Below, one piece after another: positions 29,804 through 39,677 of a DNA stretch of 64,000 nt. Under the pieces are notes generated by a model. That model did not search any database. It was given only the letters and a program-made list of their open reading frames with translations, and was not told where the DNA came from. The stretch comes from Longimicrobiales bacterium. GTDB lineage: Bacteria > Gemmatimonadota > Gemmatimonadetes > Longimicrobiales > Gaopeijiaceae. Numbering within the stretch: position 1 is the stretch's first letter; each line of letters starts with the position of its first letter. Location of the stretch: positions 1,856,001 to 1,920,000 of the forward strand of contig CBDDCX010000008.1 of the NCBI GenBank assembly GCA_965226375.1, in the 5' to 3' direction. The position numbers were made by a program, and so were the translations under genes.

Positions 29804-30817
29804 TCAATCGAGCCGTCTGTGCGTGGTCTCCGTCACGGAGCCGTCGGCCCTTGGCGGGGAAAGGTACACGTAAGTGGTGCGATCGAGCTGGCTGATCGGC
29901 TCCTCACCCTCCACGCCGATCATCCAGGGCTCGATGGACATGTCCCGCGGCCCGACTACGAAGGTCTGGTTCTCGATCCGGTAGGTGCCGCCGCTGGCCC
30001 AGAAGACGGGACGGTGTCTCTCGTTCCAGATCTTCGCGTATTGAACGGCAACGCGCTCATCGGGAGTCATCTGCGCCAGCTCGTCCGGCGTAACGACCTC
30101 CCTGCCCTTCCGCATCCAGACATAGGTCCAGTGCGTGTCGGTCACGTGGAACCAGTTGGTCCGATGGGGCGCCACCTGTTCCACCACACCGGTACCCGTG
30201 TGCCTTGTCGACATGACCTGCCAGTTGCCTCTCAGGTCGGCGGGATCCATTTGGCCCTGACGGGTGGTCGGCAGTCTGCCCATCGTGTCGAGGCGGCGAT
30301 GGGTGAACTTGCGCACTGGCTCGCCCGATCGCGGCACCGAGTGGTAGGCGTAGGCGGTGTCGTTCACGTAGAGGATCTCCTCCACGCCGCCCATCTGGAC
30401 CTGATAGGGCTCGATGGAGACCACATTCGTGTAGTCCATCCGGTTTCCGTCGAGTTCATATGTCCCGCCACTCCCCCAAAAACGCCATTGCTCGTCCTGG
30501 TCCCACATCTTGGCCCGGTTTTCACGGTACTGCGCGTCGGGAGCGAGCTGGGCGAAGTCGGCCGGCGTGCTGCCTTCCCTGCCGGGGCCCATCCACACGT
30601 AGGTCCAGTAGGAGTCGGTGTACTGAGTCCAGATGGTGCGCCGGTCGGCGATCCGGTCCACCTCTCCGGTGTCCAGGTTCTCGATGGTCATGAGCTGCCA
30701 CACACCCTGGAGCATGCCGTGGTCGATGGCCGCCGGCTGGTCCGAGGGCTGGTCGACTTGGGGTGCGCACGAGGCACCGGCGATAAGCAGGAACACAACG
30801 ATCGCGTAGCGTTTCAT
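29804..30817 (-). CDS. Lipoprotein with two tandem lipocalin-like domains
   Basis: Lipobox GASC; two ~140-aa copies sharing LxGxWQ, WTYVWM, FWxSGGTY, SIEP and THRRLD. Confidence 0.8.
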   Translation of the reverse strand: MKRYAIVVFLLIAGASCAPQVDQPSDQPAAIDHGMLQGVWQLMTIENLDTGEVDRIADRRTIWTQYTDSYWTYVWMGPGREGSTPADFAQLAPDAQYRENRAKMWDQDEQWRFWGSGGTYELDGNRMDYTNVVSIEPYQVQMGGVEEILYVNDTAYAYHSVPRSGEPVRKFTHRRLDTMGRLPTTRQGQMDPADLRGNWQVMSTRHTGTGVVEQVAPHRTNWFHVTDTHWTYVWMRKGREVVTPDELAQMTPDERVAVQYAKIWNERHRPVFWASGGTYRIENQTFVVGPRDMSIEPWMIGVEGEEPISQLDRTTYVYLSPPRADGSVTETTHRRLD

Positions 30818-30824
30818 GGAGATC

Positions 30825-33458
30825 CTATCTGAGCCCGATCCAATAGCTCGCTTTGATGGCAAAGAAATTGTCGCCGGGAGCCGCGATGGCATCGCCGAGC
30901 GAGCCGAAGTCGACCAACCCGCCACTGTCCGTGAACTCCGACCGGTTCTGCTGCCAAATCAAGTAGAGGGTGCTACCCGGGGCCCATTCCCACCGGACCA
31001 CCACATTCGAGCGCATGAACAGTCGGTTGAAGTCCAGGTCGGCGATCGTGAACGTCGTCGGCCCGTCGGTGACCACGTTGGAACCGTCGGGCTGTGGGGT
31101 GATCGTCGTCCCGTCGGTTCCGTACGTACGTAGGTCGTAGGACTGTGGGGCCGGCAGTTCGCCGAAGTCGTAGTATCGCCCGCTGGCCGCGAAGGGCTCG
31201 GCGTAGACTTCGACCGTCAGATCGGGCGTGAAGGAGTAGTCGAGCCGGATCGGTGTGGACAGTTGAGAGCGGTCGATAAGGGAGAAAATGTACCGGTTTC
31301 CGTAGGTGGCGGCTCCACCGTCATCACGCGTGGTAACGTATTGTCTCGAGGAGACCGTTCGGCGATACGTCAGATCGATCGACGCCTGCCACCGGGGAGC
31401 CAGCCGAAACTGGAGACGACCGGATACCGTCCGGCCCCAGCCACCGTTCTCATCCGTGTTGTAGTTGACCTGCCCGTTCCATGCGACACGGGCACTGGGG
31501 TTCCCTCTCAGGCGAAAATCGAACACCCACCCGCTCGGCGTGCCCATGAGCGGTCCGCCACGGGTCTGCGTGTCACTCATACCTCTAAATGTCCGCGACG
31601 TGGTATACCTGACGTTCCAGAAGTTGTGGAAATCGAGGGTGAGCGTCTGGTTCAGATTGGAGCTCTGACGTACGCCACCATACGACCAAGCATGCCGCGT
31701 GGAATGACCGAGATTCCAGAACCGGAAGATCTTCCCAGGCTGGGTATCCCTCAGCTGAAAGTCGGCGTTGAAGTCGAGGTCGTCGGCCGTTCGCATCTGC
31801 CCCAGGTCGTTGATCTCGAAACCGGGAGATCGGGCGTTCCCCCCGATGCCCCACACGGTCCACCTGCCGGCGTTTTTGTCGGCTCGGAGTCCCGCGCTGT
31901 ACCCGCTCAGCGACGTCAGCGACGGGTCGTAGGTGACATAGGTCTGGTCGGGCCTCTGGTAGTAGCGCGCGGAGGAGAGCTGTAGGTGCTCCATGGCCGC
32001 AGCACTGCCCTCGACCCGACTCCCGCCCATGAATCCCGTGAACTCGTACATGCCATCCTTGACCCTCAGCTTCCCGTCCAACCCTGCAGTAAAGGCTCCC
32101 CGGGCCAACAGGTCTGACAACGGTTCACCGCTGTCGAAGGATCGCTTCGTACCCGTCAGCACGAGTCCGATCGCCGACTCGCCGAGTTCTTGATGCAGAC
32201 GGACCACCCCGTAGGCTGAAGGGGCTTCGACAGACACTTTCGAGGTCAGCCCCGACTCCACGTCGTAGGTCTGCGCCTGTTCTCGGGGGGTGAACGCCGC
32301 GAGGGCCCCGATATTGAGTCCGGACGGGAGTCGGCCCGTCACCTTGGCCGCCGTAGCGATCGTCGTGCTGGCCGGGATTCGCACGTAGTCACCTGATACG
32401 TCACCCTGAGGCTCTGCCCCGATCCGGCGGGAGTAATACCACTCGGGAAGCCGAATGTAGCCCTGCCGACCGTCCAGCATTCCGTTCCCCTCGACAAAGA
32501 ACGGTCTCCGCTCCGGAAAGAACGTCTCGAACGCCGTGAGATTCACTTCGGCGGGGTCCGCTTCAACCTGCCCGAAGTCCGGATTGACCGTAAGATCGAG
32601 TGTGAGGTTGGGCCCCAGCCCCATCTTCAGGTCCATCCCCGCTCGGCCACGTGTCTTCTGGTCGAACGGATCCGCGGGGTCGACATCGGACTCGAGCGTC
32701 AGATCGCCCGCAACGTAAGGGAGAATCTCGATCCTGCGGGTGGGTCGAATACCCTGGATCCCGTTCAGGACGCCGAACTCGGAGGCGTAGCCCGCCTGAG
32801 CACGGTCACGCCGAATCAGAACCCACTCGATTTCTTCGTTGCGCTCCGGCACGTACCGGGTCATCTGCAGTCCCCACACCTGGGGATCCGCCGCATTGAA
32901 TCGCACCTGGGTGAAGGGGATGCGCATCTCCGCCATCCAACCTTGTGTATCAACGCTGACCCGCGCGGTCCACACCGGATCATACTCGGCTTCACCTCGG
33001 GTGTTGTTTTCCGGGTGGAAGACGTCGAAGCGCACACCCGCTGCCGAGACTCCAAAGCTGTAGGCGGTGCGCCGGTCGTGGTATGTGTCGAGCGCGATGA
33101 TGAGCCGTTCCGCATCACTATCCCCGTCACGGCGGGTCAGCGTCGTTCGGATATTCTCTGGATTCGGGTGGTACATACGTGCGCCGACGTAGAGGGCGTC
33201 GTCGTCGTAGAGCAGCCGGATCTCTGTGGCGACGGACGGCTCGGTCCCCTCGATCGGGATCTTTTGGGTGAAATCGGTGATCACGACCGCGGCGTTCCAG
33301 GCCTCGTCGTCGAGCACGCCGTCCACCGATGGCGCGGGCCCTTCGATACGGGTCGCCGTGGCGCTCTGGAGAGAACCCTGAGCAGCCAGAGCACTTGTGG
33401 ACAAGCTGAAGGCCGCGCAGGCGACCACCGAGAATACGAAGTACCGACCGACACCCAT
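30825..33458 (-). CDS. CBM9-like / DUF5916 exported protein
   Basis: VDGVLDDEAW, YDDDALYVG, AEMRIPF, LTVNPDFGQVEADP, ERRPFFVEG. Confidence 0.88.
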   Translation of the reverse strand: MGVGRYFVFSVVACAAFSLSTSALAAQGSLQSATATRIEGPAPSVDGVLDDEAWNAAVVITDFTQKIPIEGTEPSVATEIRLLYDDDALYVGARMYHPNPENIRTTLTRRDGDSDAERLIIALDTYHDRRTAYSFGVSAAGVRFDVFHPENNTRGEAEYDPVWTARVSVDTQGWMAEMRIPFTQVRFNAADPQVWGLQMTRYVPERNEEIEWVLIRRDRAQAGYASEFGVLNGIQGIRPTRRIEILPYVAGDLTLESDVDPADPFDQKTRGRAGMDLKMGLGPNLTLDLTVNPDFGQVEADPAEVNLTAFETFFPERRPFFVEGNGMLDGRQGYIRLPEWYYSRRIGAEPQGDVSGDYVRIPASTTIATAAKVTGRLPSGLNIGALAAFTPREQAQTYDVESGLTSKVSVEAPSAYGVVRLHQELGESAIGLVLTGTKRSFDSGEPLSDLLARGAFTAGLDGKLRVKDGMYEFTGFMGGSRVEGSAAAMEHLQLSSARYYQRPDQTYVTYDPSLTSLSGYSAGLRADKNAGRWTVWGIGGNARSPGFEINDLGQMRTADDLDFNADFQLRDTQPGKIFRFWNLGHSTRHAWSYGGVRQSSNLNQTLTLDFHNFWNVRYTTSRTFRGMSDTQTRGGPLMGTPSGWVFDFRLRGNPSARVAWNGQVNYNTDENGGWGRTVSGRLQFRLAPRWQASIDLTYRRTVSSRQYVTTRDDGGAATYGNRYIFSLIDRSQLSTPIRLDYSFTPDLTVEVYAEPFAASGRYYDFGELPAPQSYDLRTYGTDGTTITPQPDGSNVVTDGPTTFTIADLDFNRLFMRSNVVVRWEWAPGSTLYLIWQQNRSEFTDSGGLVDFGSLGDAIAAPGDNFFAIKASYWIGLR

Positions 33459-33726
33459 GTTCCCATTCCCCGTTCAACCAAAAATGCAGCAAGAGTCTTA
33501 TTCACAAGCCGCCTAACATACCACCGAATCGCTCATCCACGCACCTGAGAGGCAAGACCAGCTCGATCCGTGCGTAGGCCGTTCTACCGCACCCGAATCC
33601 CGCCACAGAGGCCTACGTCATTCGGGCCTTCCACTACGTACTATGGCGTATCCATTCGGATGACGGCCCATGGCATCCTCATTGAGGGCGGAACAGTCCG
33701 CCGTTTCAACAAGCAAGGAGGACACC

Positions 33727-34893
33727 ATGAGCTCTCTACTATCCATAACGGCGCTCGCTTCTCTTGCGTTCGCCGCTGGTGCGTGCGATCGGAATCCAAC
33801 GGATGTCGAGGAAGACGTTCTGCCGGAGGAGGGACAGGTCTTCGAGCAGGGGCCTCCTCCTCCACCGCCGCCACCCCCACCGCCGCCGACCCACGCCGTT
33901 ACCATCATGTCTCGTAATCTCTACCTGGGAGCCGATCTCACACCGATGATGAGCGCCGGCTCGCCCGAGCAGATTCCGGCCCTCGTGGGGGAAGCCTGGA
34001 ACAGGATCGTGCTGAATGACTTTCCCGCTCGGGCAGACGCCATAGCCCGAGAGATCCAAAGCACCCGCCCGGATATACTAGGCCTTCAGGAGGTCGCCAA
34101 GTTCAGAATGCAAAGCCCGGGTGACTTCTTGGTCGGCAATCCACAAGCGGCTACCGCAGTCGAGTACGACTATCTGATGATCCTCCTGGACGCCTTGCAA
34201 GCGCGAGGCCTCAACTACACCATTGCTTCAGTCGTCGAGAACACCGATATCGAGCTTCCGGCCATCACGAACGCCGGCTTGGTCGACGTTCGCTGGACCG
34301 ACCACGACGTGATCCTCGTGCGTGATGGAATCAAGATCACCGGCGAGACATCGAACAACTTCGCACTCAGCGTGTCCATCCCGGTGGCCGGGGCGATGCC
34401 CATCATCATCCGACGTGGCTGGAACCGGATCGACCTGCTGGTCGACGACCAGCCGCTCCATGTCGTCAACACCCACCTCGAGACCGACGAGACCGGTCCG
34501 ACGACCCAAGAGTCGCAGGCCGCCGAGCTGATCGGCATGCTGTCGGGGCTCACGGTGCCCACGATTATCATCGGCGACCTCAACGCACTGCCGGACGCAG
34601 CCAGCACGGCGACGTATCCGATCCTGTTGAACGCGGGCTTCGAGGACGCCCAGACGAGCACGATGGCTCGCGGCTCGTTGCCCGGTTACACATGCTGCTT
34701 CGACCCCGACCTTCGGGCCGGCGGCCTGTTCGAACGGATCGACTACCTGATGACACGTGGGACGCGCAACCTGGACGTAAGAGTGGTCAACTTCGCCGTC
34801 ACGGGAGATCTGGAGGCGGACGAGACGGTGACCGGACTGAGACCCTCCGACCATGTAGGAGTGTTCGCCCGCGTGGAGATCGTCGGGCACTGA
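33727..34893 (+). CDS. Endonuclease/exonuclease/phosphatase-family lipoprotein
   Basis: AAGGAGG RBS, lipobox AGAC, poly-Pro linker, MSRNLYLG, GLQEV, NTHLE, GDLNA, RIDY, SDH. Confidence 0.88.
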   Translation: MSSLLSITALASLAFAAGACDRNPTDVEEDVLPEEGQVFEQGPPPPPPPPPPPPTHAVTIMSRNLYLGADLTPMMSAGSPEQIPALVGEAWNRIVLNDFPARADAIAREIQSTRPDILGLQEVAKFRMQSPGDFLVGNPQAATAVEYDYLMILLDALQARGLNYTIASVVENTDIELPAITNAGLVDVRWTDHDVILVRDGIKITGETSNNFALSVSIPVAGAMPIIIRRGWNRIDLLVDDQPLHVVNTHLETDETGPTTQESQAAELIGMLSGLTVPTIIIGDLNALPDAASTATYPILLNAGFEDAQTSTMARGSLPGYTCCFDPDLRAGGLFERIDYLMTRGTRNLDVRVVNFAVTGDLEADETVTGLRPSDHVGVFARVEIVGH

Positions 34894-34989
34894 GCCGGCG
34901 CAGTTGGCCTCGGCACACGACCTGGCCTTGGTGGACGGAGTCCCCCACCCCAGGCCAGGTCGCGAGTGCTCAGTCCCTGCTTTACACCT

Positions 34990-35724
34990 TCATGCCAGTC
35001 GCTTGGCGATCCATACGGTGCGGAATACCGCCGTGCCCACGGTCCCGACTGCGACAATGGCCATGATTCCGGTGAGCAGGGTGCCGGGATCCCAGCCGGC
35101 CCATTCGCTCACCGCCGGATCCAGGATGCCTCCAAACCCGATGACCATGAGCCGCTCCGCTCGTTGCATAACGCCAAGGTTGCACAGCACGCCCAGGCTC
35201 TCGCCACGGGCGCGGGCGTAGCTCACCAACAGGGATCCGCCCAGCGCGGTGGCGGTCAGGGACAACGCCAACGTCGAATCACGAAACAGAACGGCCAGAC
35301 CGACGAACGCGCCTACCTCCGCGAAGCGATCGAGCGTCGAGTCAAGAAAAGCTCCGCGTTGATTGGCCATGCCGCGGGCCCGTGCGATGCGGCCGTCCAT
35401 CACGTCCGCCGCGCCACCCAGGAGCACTCCCCAGCCACCGAGGTTCACGTAGCCGAGTGCGAAGCACACGCCGGCGCCGATACCAAACGCGACACCGAGC
35501 AGGTTGAAGGCTGTGGGCGAAAGCCCCAGCGACAACGAAACGGCCTCGATCGGCCGGATGAACCAGTAGAACCACCGCCGCACGAAGCCCCCGAGCACAA
35601 AGCTTCCACGGTTCGCCACGTCATGAGGGTCACTCGCGATCCGCGAGGAACTCAGCGCGTAGACGGGCATCGACGCCAGGGCAGCACCGAGGATGATAAG
35701 CAGGACCAGAAAGTCCGTTCTCAT
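34990..35724 (-). CDS. CDP-alcohol phosphatidyltransferase (PIP-synthase-like)
   Basis: DVMDGRIAR-x7-GAFLDSTLD signature; VSYARARGE...QRAER. ATGA overlap with the upstream gene. Confidence 0.92.
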   Translation of the reverse strand: MRTDFLVLLIILGAALASMPVYALSSSRIASDPHDVANRGSFVLGGFVRRWFYWFIRPIEAVSLSLGLSPTAFNLLGVAFGIGAGVCFALGYVNLGGWGVLLGGAADVMDGRIARARGMANQRGAFLDSTLDRFAEVGAFVGLAVLFRDSTLALSLTATALGGSLLVSYARARGESLGVLCNLGVMQRAERLMVIGFGGILDPAVSEWAGWDPGTLLTGIMAIVAVGTVGTAVFRTVWIAKRLA

Positions 35725-36716
35725 TTCGAGATCTCTCGCGGTGGGCGGGTCAGCAACACCTTGATCGCACGCGGCCACAGGAAAATAAGAGGCACCTTAC
35801 GCTCGAGTGCGGTCAGGTGAATGGGGCGACCCGTATGGCGCTCCACTTTCCGGACGACATACGGCAACCAATTCGCAAAGGTGATCGTGTACTTGAACCA
35901 GCGCAGCGTGGCCCGGACTTTGGAGCGTCGAAAGTGCGCGCGCCAGCGTCTCCGCACGCCTGAGGGTACGGGGGCAGCCAAAACGAACATCTCGTCCTCC
36001 CTCCGCAGGACGTTCTCCTCCTCGCCACGTGCCAACACGGCGCCGAAGTGCTCTCGGAAATGGCCTGCCTGGGCTACGGAGATCCGTCGGGGTCGATCCT
36101 TCGACTCGGGGCGCAGCTCACCCTGATAACACACCTCTAGTAGGCGCCGGCCGAAGCCGGCTGCGTCGACCGGCTCGCGGAGATACGGGACCATCCATTC
36201 GAGCACCCGGCCCCGCGCGTCGGCCAGCTGGGTGTCGATCCAGACTTCATCCTCCCGACTCGCCAGGTAGACCTTGCCGAGCATCTGAACCATGCGACCC
36301 AACAGAAAATGGTCCGGCGGCTCGGGTCCGAGAGCCTTGGCGAGATGATCCCGGCTGACGATGACGCATTTCGCGAGTCCCCCGGCACCGTCCTCGGGCG
36401 CGAACACGATCACGTTGGGCGGCAGCAGTCCTGCCATCCGTGTCATCAGCCAAGGGGGCCGATGTAGCTCTTGGGCGGCACTGAGCCCCCGGTAGAACGA
36501 TGCGTAGTCCTCGACAATCACGAAGAAGTCGAAGGCGCTGTGCCGATCAGGGCTGGCGGCGGTCAGGTGGGATCCGTAGAGAAGGATCGCGCGGATCGAC
36601 CCATCCGTGGCCGCCAGGAGGGCATCGGCCAGCTCAACGGCGCCGGGCCAACGTCGTGCCGCCGACCTGGAGGCGTTGGCATCCCGCGAGCCCATGTCGC
36701 GAGAGGAGTCGTTCAC
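35721..36716 (-). CDS. Tam41/Mmp37-like nucleotidyltransferase (putative phosphatidate cytidylyltransferase)
   Basis: LLYGS, FDFFVIV, AKCVIVS, FLLGRM, CYQGELR and PESKDR follow the order of Tam41 motifs as I recall them. GTGA overlap with plsC. Confidence 0.75.
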   Translation of the reverse strand: MNDSSRDMGSRDANASRSAARRWPGAVELADALLAATDGSIRAILLYGSHLTAASPDRHSAFDFFVIVEDYASFYRGLSAAQELHRPPWLMTRMAGLLPPNVIVFAPEDGAGGLAKCVIVSRDHLAKALGPEPPDHFLLGRMVQMLGKVYLASREDEVWIDTQLADARGRVLEWMVPYLREPVDAAGFGRRLLEVCYQGELRPESKDRPRRISVAQAGHFREHFGAVLARGEEENVLRREDEMFVLAAPVPSGVRRRWRAHFRRSKVRATLRWFKYTITFANWLPYVVRKVERHTGRPIHLTALERKVPLIFLWPRAIKVLLTRPPREISK

Positions 36717-37483
36717 GCGACCGGCGCTTCTGCGCGTAGGTCGGCGAGGCCCCGCACCATCACTTCACGGATCTCTGATATGAACGGTTCGGGATCGGCT
36801 TCGGGATCCGTCCAGTGTAGGACGCCGGCCAACTCTAAGCGCCCCCGAAGCTTCGCAACCCCGCCGATGAAGTCCTTGAACTTGGCCACCTGCCAGAAAC
36901 CGTCCACTACAAGGACGTACACCTTCCATGGCCGGGCTCTGAGAATCGCCTTCGTTCCGTGGCGGTGGAATGGTCCGATTTCGCCATCCTTGGTACGAGT
37001 TCCTTCCGGAAAAATCGCCAGCGGCACCTCGGAGGTACGGGCCGCCTCACAGATCTCGTCGAGGGATCTCCTCATTTCAGAGACCTTTCCTTCGGGATCC
37101 ACCACCGGATATTGATAGAGTCTCAACATATGCGAGACTAGCGGGATCCAGCGGGCGTATCTCTTACGGGTTAGGATTCGGAGGTGTCCCGGCCGCACGG
37201 ATTCCACCACCATTGGAATGTCGAACATTGATTGGTGGTTCATGACGATGAGAACACCGGGCTCGAATGGGACCTGTGGAGGGATAGGCAAGTGTGCCCC
37301 GCCGATGACCGAGATAGGACGCGTTACGAGCCAAATCAACGCCTGCATCCACGGGCTGAGCACCTGGATTCGCCGTGAAGGCCGAAGCCAGGTCCACGGT
37401 CCGATGACGAACCGTTCGACCGGATCGGCCACGAGAATTCCGAGGCAGACGACAGCCACGGCCAGATACCCTCGAAGTCTCAC
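36713..37483 (-). CDS. plsC: 1-acyl-sn-glycerol-3-phosphate acyltransferase
   Basis: GGAGG RBS before GTG at 37483; NHQSMFD (HX4D) and IFPEGTRT. Confidence 0.88.
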   Translation of the reverse strand: MRLRGYLAVAVVCLGILVADPVERFVIGPWTWLRPSRRIQVLSPWMQALIWLVTRPISVIGGAHLPIPPQVPFEPGVLIVMNHQSMFDIPMVVESVRPGHLRILTRKRYARWIPLVSHMLRLYQYPVVDPEGKVSEMRRSLDEICEAARTSEVPLAIFPEGTRTKDGEIGPFHRHGTKAILRARPWKVYVLVVDGFWQVAKFKDFIGGVAKLRGRLELAGVLHWTDPEADPEPFISEIREVMVRGLADLRAEAPVA

Positions 37484-37621
37484 TCGAAGCGCCTCCGGCG
37501 CGATTGCGTGTATAGGTCGAAGCAACTCGGGAACAGGAACGGACTTGGAACACGCTAACGGCACGCGCCGATCGGCATCAAGGCGAGCACGTGGCGGCCC
37601 CGCACCAAGGCGAACGCGTAC

Positions 37622-38293
37622 ATGAGCGATAACGGCTACACCTACTACGGGTTTCGGCACTGCGTCGGAGCGTTCTTCGAAATGCCGACGGAGGATGCAC
37701 GCAAGCTTCTCCCTCGTCATTTGGAACCGCTGGAGATGCAGCACGAGCGCAGTATCCTTGCCCTGACCGCCTTCCATTTTCATGAGAGCGAGGTGGGTGA
37801 GTACGGAGAGATCGTCCTCGCGGTCATCGTGCCGCCGATGATCGAACCGGGCAAGCCACTCCCAAAGGCCGCATTCTTCCCGTTCGTGGTCGGTACCACC
37901 ACCGAAGTGTCGCGCCTACATGCCATCGAACGGTGGCACCTTCCGCACTACATGAGCGACGTTGAGATCAAGTTCACTGAGACTGACCAGGACATGGAGG
38001 TCAACGTGTTCGACGGTACCGAGCCTGTTCTGGACCTGCTCGTGACACGGCATTCCTACGAGGCGTCGAACAACCTCTACCACGCGTTCACCGTCGATGG
38101 CGACGAGAGGTTCAAGGCCAACATCTACATGAAGGCGCCGCACTCTGAGCATGAAGAGGAGCGTGGCTCACTGACCTTGTACGAGCACGAGATGACCGCC
38201 AGCCTCACGATCGACGACGTCAACACGTATCCCTTCCGCGAACAGTGGTATCAGGAGGGTCTACAAACCTTCGATCCGCTCGAGAAGCTCTAG
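37622..38293 (+). CDS. Acetoacetate-decarboxylase-like (ADC fold) protein
   Basis: ARKLLPRHLEP, VGEYGEIVLAVIV, AIERWHLP pattern; divergent from plsC. Confidence 0.65.
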   Translation: MSDNGYTYYGFRHCVGAFFEMPTEDARKLLPRHLEPLEMQHERSILALTAFHFHESEVGEYGEIVLAVIVPPMIEPGKPLPKAAFFPFVVGTTTEVSRLHAIERWHLPHYMSDVEIKFTETDQDMEVNVFDGTEPVLDLLVTRHSYEASNNLYHAFTVDGDERFKANIYMKAPHSEHEEERGSLTLYEHEMTASLTIDDVNTYPFREQWYQEGLQTFDPLEKL

Positions 38294-38306
38294 AGGCTCT
38301 GGAGAG

Positions 38307-39677
38307 TCAGAGGATCACCTCGTATCGGTAGGCCGTGGCACGAGTCCCGAACGAGACCTCGAATCCGGTACTCTCATCCGAGGACGGGGCGGAAACCGTG
38401 ACGGCCTCCACTCCCAGCTCCCCGTCGTCACCGTAGAACGTGAACCGGAGCCGGACACGCGTGCCGGCCGCTGCCGCGTTCCCTATCACCCAACCCTGAA
38501 CGATCGTCTCTACGTCGGAAGGCCTCATCAATAGTCCTTCCAGGTAGACCAACGCGGACTCGGTCCGCTCCAGAGCCCGAAGCGCGGCGTCCTGGTCCCC
38601 ACTCTCAAGGTGGGCCCGCGCCGTGATCAGGCCGGCGTTCTCACCCAGCGGATCCAACTCGACCAGGCGATCCCCCACGCGCGTCAAGGAAGCCCATGCC
38701 TCGGCCGCAAACAAAGCGTTGGCATAGTTGAACCAGGCGTCGCGGGACATGGGCTGGAGCCTGGTCAAACGCTCGAAGGCGTCACTCGCCGCCCGGTAGT
38801 CGGAAGAGCGAAAAAGCGCGATGCCGAGGTTGAAGAGCTCTGACGCCCGTAGCTCTCCTTCCGAGAGGAGAGCCGTATAGATCGCGGCCGCCTCCTCCAA
38901 TCTTCCCTGACCTCTGAGTGAGGCGGCCAGGTCACCTTGTAGCTGCGTGCTGGTGGGATCGCGTTCCAGCTGGCTCCTGAGCAGCACCTCCGCTTCTGCG
39001 AACCGCTGCGTGAATAGCAGGAGCGGGGCCATACTCTCTTCCATCGCGATCTTCTGCTCTCGCCGGCGCTCGATCTCCTCGGCCTCGAGCACGCGGGTCA
39101 CAGGCAGCTTGTCGAGACCCGCGAGACCGCCCTGGTAGGCAGCAATGGCCTCCTCATACCGGCCGTCCACGGTAAGCAGGCTCGCAAGGTTTCGGTGCGC
39201 CTCGGGTCGAAGGTCGAAGATGACCATCGCCTGAGTCCAAGCCTCGATCGTAGCCTCCAGGTCGCCCGTCCCATAGGCCTCACCACCGGCGTTGAACGCC
39301 TTGGCCCAGGCCGCCTCACGCTCACGCTCGATATCGACCTCGTAGCCGGGATAGAGGCGCTGTGCCTCGATGAACATCTCGTCCGCATCCTCGTATCCGT
39401 CGAGCCTGATGTGTGCCTGACCCGCCATGAAATAATGGATCGGATTTCCGGGATCCGACGCGATACCTTCTGTGGCCAACTCCAGCGCTCGGGCGGTGCG
39501 TTCCTGACGGAGGTGGAGTGCCGCGGTCTGCGAAAAACGGGTGTCCGCGGGGGGGGTTCCGAGCTCATATAGGATCCCTGTCGGCGAGACTACCGGCTCA
39601 GGAGGACCCGCAACCGGTGTCGCACAAGACCCGAGGAGCGTACTCGCGACCAAGACCTCTGGGAGGCGCCCTACCAC
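38307..39677 (-). CDS. TPR-repeat lipoprotein
   Basis: Lipobox LGSC; repeated TPR helices (AHRNLA, LFNLG, AWFNYA). Confidence 0.82.
   Translation of the reverse strand: MVGRLPEVLVASTLLGSCATPVAGPPEPVVSPTGILYELGTPPADTRFSQTAALHLRQERTARALELATEGIASDPGNPIHYFMAGQAHIRLDGYEDADEMFIEAQRLYPGYEVDIEREREAAWAKAFNAGGEAYGTGDLEATIEAWTQAMVIFDLRPEAHRNLASLLTVDGRYEEAIAAYQGGLAGLDKLPVTRVLEAEEIERRREQKIAMEESMAPLLLFTQRFAEAEVLLRSQLERDPTSTQLQGDLAASLRGQGRLEEAAAIYTALLSEGELRASELFNLGIALFRSSDYRAASDAFERLTRLQPMSRDAWFNYANALFAAEAWASLTRVGDRLVELDPLGENAGLITARAHLESGDQDAALRALERTESALVYLEGLLMRPSDVETIVQGWVIGNAAAAGTRVRLRFTFYGDDGELGVEAVTVSAPSSDESTGFEVSFGTRATAYRYEVIL

Noticed and set aside
33853..33890. CCN-rich run as a DNA repeat element
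   Set aside because: Encodes a poly-proline linker with mixed codons in the lipoprotein.
33727..34893. EEP lipoprotein as the phosphatase of the lipid operon
   Set aside because: Convergent orientation and exported location; nothing beyond adjacency links them.
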